Shown here in pieces: positions 34,177 to 37,225 of a stretch of 37,225 nucleotides of DNA. The position numbers were made by a program, and so were the translations under genes. How positions within the stretch are numbered: position 1 is the stretch's first letter; each line of letters opens with the position of its first letter. The notes beneath the pieces were generated by a model. The model saw nothing but the letters and a program-made list of their open reading frames with translations. It made no database searches and was not told where the DNA came from. This stretch comes from a virus (Duplodnaviria > Caudoviricetes). The stretch spans positions 1-37,225 of the IMG/VR virus record IMGVR_UViG_3300007735_000690; one strand, 5' to 3'.

Positions 34177-36249
34177 TCAAAATCCTTCCTGATTAATCGG
34201 CTTGATCCACACCAAATCGTTTCTTATGGCGGCAAACTCAAGCTCAACTAACTTATCCTTCACTTCCTTCCAACGCTTCCTCCGATCACTATCCTCCACA
34301 TCGTTTCCTAGCCTGGCGTACACCTCATCCCGCCAACGCTCTAACGTCACCACGCGATGGCGTTCACCCTGAACGATCTGGTATTGCCCTTCCGTCTTCA
34401 CGATATGGCGTAACGCCTCCCTACCCATCGACTGATGCTTACCGCGTCCTGCGTTTGGCTTTGCGTTTTGTGGCGGTCTAAAGCCAACGCCATCGGGTAA
34501 CTCACCCTTAAATGGTTTAACCACGAGCGTATTGGCTAAGTCATCCTCAAACCCCAGGTTGAGTTTGGCGGCTGGCGTTTCGTGCGTTTCGTTCGTTTCC
34601 TGCTGATCAAAGTTCACCGTTTCCATGGAGAAATGAATCTCCACACCATCCTTGCCATCCTTTTGCTTGGTTACCCGCAACGTGCCTGACATTTGATCGG
34701 TATGGCGGGTAATCTCAATCTGCGTATCCACAGCACCTAAAAAGCTAGAGTGACCGCGTAAACCTAGCGAAGCATCCTTGCCACTATGGTGGACAACGAG
34801 CAAGGCTGCGCCCGTGGCTTCTTGCAGGCGTCCACAATTGCTGATGAAACTACCCATGTCTTCGGACGCGTTCTCGTTGCCGCCGCCAAAGGCGCGGGCT
34901 AAGGTATCAATGATGATCAATTTCGGACGCTGGATTTCGGACGCTCGTATGGCGGCTATCAAGTCAGCAAAATCCTGATCAGATGACCTTAAGTTAACTT
35001 GCGACCTGATCACGCCAACGGGTATGTCCTTGAGTTCATACGCATGGCGTAAACCAGAAATCCTTGTCCCAATACCGCCATGACCTTCACCCGCAATGTA
35101 TAAGACCTCACCGGCATTCGGCACTTCGTGCGCCAGCCACGAATCCCCACTGGCGATCATGGCGGCTAAGTGCAGCGCGATAAACGATTTGAACGTGCCT
35201 GGCGGCCCATAGAGCGCCATGAATCCCTTCTCCGGCACAATCCTATCCACCAACCACTTAACCGGCTCATCCTTCGCGTCACGCCACATCTCAACCCTGT
35301 AGCGTTGCGCTTCCTGCGCTTCAACCACTTCGGCAAACGGTTCCTTCTCAGGCACAACGGATTCTGGTTCCGTTTCGGCTTTCTCATTTATCACTAGTCT
35401 TTGTGGCGGTACAACGTCCTCAAAGTCCTCAACCACTTTGGCTTCGGCAATGCGCCTGGCGAACTCCTCAAACGTGAACCCTCGTCCGATAAATTCTTCA
35501 GCGTCATCGCCAATGGCTGACTCGTCATCGGCCAAATCAACCACCTTGATCGCTTGCGCTACACCTTGCAAGTCCCTAACGACACGTTTGGCGTACTTCC
35601 AGCCAGGCCTATCGTTATCGGGTAGCACAACCACCAATCGACCATGAAACCATGGCGTTATGGCGGCAGGCCATTCGCTCGACCCCGCGTGCGCCGATAT
35701 GGCGACCACATCGAACATGCCAACCAAAAACTCAGCGGCCTTTTCGCCCTCAGTCACAAATACCGGCGCCATGGGTCTTGCGATCATCAGCGGTAAGCCA
35801 AACGGTATGGGCGTCCAATTACGAATCGTTGGTACGCGCTCGCCATTGATGAGATGATATTGGCGGTATGTCTTGCCACCACCTTCAACGTCATACCTTA
35901 CCTTTTGCGCTGTGACTTCACCATTTTCATCGATGTAATCCCACGCCATCACTTCTTTCATCGTTGGCGGCACAATCGGCCTGATACCCGATAAAGGATC
36001 ACGCGCAACCAGCGGGCGGTTCCAGTTCAACGAATTAGGCAAGTGCGGTTTGATGGCGGCAAACACATCCTCCTGATCGCACCCGCCAAAGCACTTAAAA
36101 AGAAACTTCTCACCGACTTGCGTAATCGCAAGCGATGGATGCCGATCACCCTTGCCGTTGCCATGCCCAGGTACCGGGCAAGACGCAAGCCACCCCCTCT
36201 TATAACGCTTGGCGTTACCAAGCGCTGCGGCTAATAGTTCTGCGTTCAT
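34177..36249 (-). CDS. Primase-helicase (Zn finger + TOPRIM + RepA/AAA_25 SF4 helicase)
   Basis: CPVPGH...CFGGC, VTEGEKAA, LPDND, GPPGTFKS, IIIDTLAR, VHHSGKD, RGHSS. Confidence 0.92.
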   Translation of the reverse strand: MNAELLAAALGNAKRYKRGWLASCPVPGHGNGKGDRHPSLAITQVGEKFLFKCFGGCDQEDVFAAIKPHLPNSLNWNRPLVARDPLSGIRPIVPPTMKEVMAWDYIDENGEVTAQKVRYDVEGGGKTYRQYHLINGERVPTIRNWTPIPFGLPLMIARPMAPVFVTEGEKAAEFLVGMFDVVAISAHAGSSEWPAAITPWFHGRLVVVLPDNDRPGWKYAKRVVRDLQGVAQAIKVVDLADDESAIGDDAEEFIGRGFTFEEFARRIAEAKVVEDFEDVVPPQRLVINEKAETEPESVVPEKEPFAEVVEAQEAQRYRVEMWRDAKDEPVKWLVDRIVPEKGFMALYGPPGTFKSFIALHLAAMIASGDSWLAHEVPNAGEVLYIAGEGHGGIGTRISGLRHAYELKDIPVGVIRSQVNLRSSDQDFADLIAAIRASEIQRPKLIIIDTLARAFGGGNENASEDMGSFISNCGRLQEATGAALLVVHHSGKDASLGLRGHSSFLGAVDTQIEITRHTDQMSGTLRVTKQKDGKDGVEIHFSMETVNFDQQETNETHETPAAKLNLGFEDDLANTLVVKPFKGELPDGVGFRPPQNAKPNAGRGKHQSMGREALRHIVKTEGQYQIVQGERHRVVTLERWRDEVYARLGNDVEDSDRRKRWKEVKDKLVELEFAAIRNDLVWIKPINQEGF

Positions 36250-36905
36250 CTAGGCGCCGCCGGATTGCCTTGCAGCACAATGCCTTCGTGCACTGGCCCT
36301 TTGAAGTCATGGCGGACAATGGACCCTGCTGAAATCTTCACGCGGTTAGCGATTTGCTTACCCGGAAGCACATAAGATCCAATACCCATGATCACAGACA
36401 CGCCGATCACGCAATTGCCACAAACCACCGTGTGGGGAAACATCGTTGTATATGAATGAACCACCGCGTCATGTCCCACGGTTGAATTCATATTGATAAA
36501 TACAAAATCGTTTAGCCGAGCATCCGCCGCCACAATCACTTGTGGCGTTAACACGCATCCATCTCCAATCTTCGCGTAAGGCGAAATGCTGCAACTCTTA
36601 TGGATATACGTTCCCCAACGCCCTTCTTCGTTTTTAGAAACAATCGCCAACTTTACATCGGGGTCCGCCACAGCCAATATGAATTCAGCACCAGGAAACG
36701 CGCCCTCTCGGATGCTCTCAACCACGGGATACTTGGCGGCATAACGCTTATTGTTAAACGGCTGCGTTGAAACCACGCACACAATCTCGTGCGTGCCTTC
36801 CTCCTCGATGTAACCGATCAACTCCTTGGCAAGCCCTCCTGAACCAAAGATGACGTACTGGTTTTTGCGTTTTGCCTTTTGATACACATTGTGATCGCCG
36901 CTCAT
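36246..36905 (-). CDS. NeuD/PglD-like sugar acetyltransferase (hexapeptide repeat)
   Basis: IFGSGGLAKE Rossmann-like start, left-handed beta-helix repeats, STVGHD catalytic His, GNPA end. Confidence 0.88.
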   Translation of the reverse strand: MSGDHNVYQKAKRKNQYVIFGSGGLAKELIGYIEEEGTHEIVCVVSTQPFNNKRYAAKYPVVESIREGAFPGAEFILAVADPDVKLAIVSKNEEGRWGTYIHKSCSISPYAKIGDGCVLTPQVIVAADARLNDFVFINMNSTVGHDAVVHSYTTMFPHTVVCGNCVIGVSVIMGIGSYVLPGKQIANRVKISAGSIVRHDFKGPVHEGIVLQGNPAAPR

Positions 36906-36956
36906 TGATTGCGCCCCTTTAACTTGATTCTTTAAGTCGTAGTCCTGTTACGATAT

Positions 36957-37225
36957 TTACCACTTGTTCTTCTCCTTTAGCTTGGCTTCGATGGATTCCG
37001 CAAAATCCAACACGTTCTGATGTGCATAGCAAATGTGAAACTCCACAGCACTGCCACTCGCTTTGTTGCATTTCCAGATTTCATCTGCGGTCAGACCAAC
37101 CCATTCACGCTTTGTCTCCAGTGCTTGGCGCAGGGCGTCCATTGCACCATCGATCTCCGCTGGCAGGCAGATGGCGTTTTCACCAATACTCAACTTGTTG
37201 ATTTCCACCAAAGCCTCTAGCGCCA
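36957..37225 (-). CDS. 3' part of the junction-spanning hypothetical protein (starts at 141)
   Basis: EWVGLTADEI...FAESIEAKLKEKNKW. Confidence 0.75.
   Translation of the reverse strand, partial: ALEALVEINKLSIGENAICLPAEIDGAMDALRQALETKREWVGLTADEIWKCNKASGSAVEFHICYAHQNVLDFAESIEAKLKEKNKW
37107..37225. repeat. Terminal direct repeat (right copy)
   Basis: Identical to 1-119. Confidence 0.95.

Noticed and set aside
33971-34196. Short ORFs (33971-34180 minus, 34011-34196 plus) or a mini-CRISPR over the repeat region
   Set aside because: The repeats are only 7-9 bp, irregularly spaced and in both orientations. The ORFs have no recognisable motifs, although the minus ORF's ATGA overlap means it cannot be fully excluded.
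36914-36961. Tiny ORF (VVNIVTGLRLKESS) overlapping the upstream stop
   Set aside because: At 14 codons it is too short to support; it may be a gene remnant.
65-37220. Numerous plus-strand ORFs in the track
   Set aside because: They are antisense shadows of well-supported minus-strand genes, with no recognisable domains.
37107-37225. 119-bp terminal repeat as a biological DTR
   Set aside because: It falls in the middle of a gene and its length matches a commonly used assembler k-mer. It is best read as a circular assembly overlap.

Overview
The window is an apparently complete, circularly assembled tailed-phage genome of about 37.1 kb. Bases 1-119 repeat exactly at 37107-37225, and one gene reads across that join. 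Essentially all credible genes lie on the minus strand, many coupled by ATGA/GTGA overlaps. The P22-like podovirus morphogenesis module contains TerS, TerL, portal, scaffold, major capsid, adaptor, tail fibre, lysis genes, tail hub and three ejection proteins. The replication/recombination module contains a RuvC-like resolvase, an HNH nuclease, a DUF2800-like exonuclease, a putative SSB, a primase-helicase and an iteron-rich putative origin. No DNA polymerase, RNA polymerase or repressor was recognised. Four things stand out. (1) The major capsid gene is split by a 264-nt ORF-less group I intron (IA2-like, 21741-22004) with all core helices visible. (2) A translationally coupled TGT/DpdA-like enzyme, VUT/YhhQ-like transporter and GT2 glycosyltransferase cassette is a candidate 7-deazaguanine (possibly glycosylated) modification system. 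(3) A dispersed glycan-building toolkit is present: 4 GT-like genes, a truncated DegT aminotransferase, a NeuD/PglD-like acetyltransferase, a methyltransferase, and a Pro/Thr mucin-like virion-module protein. (4) A small serine recombinase, preceded by a 27-aa peptide, is wedged between TerS and TerL. Family calls come from motif recognition and synteny, not from database searches.
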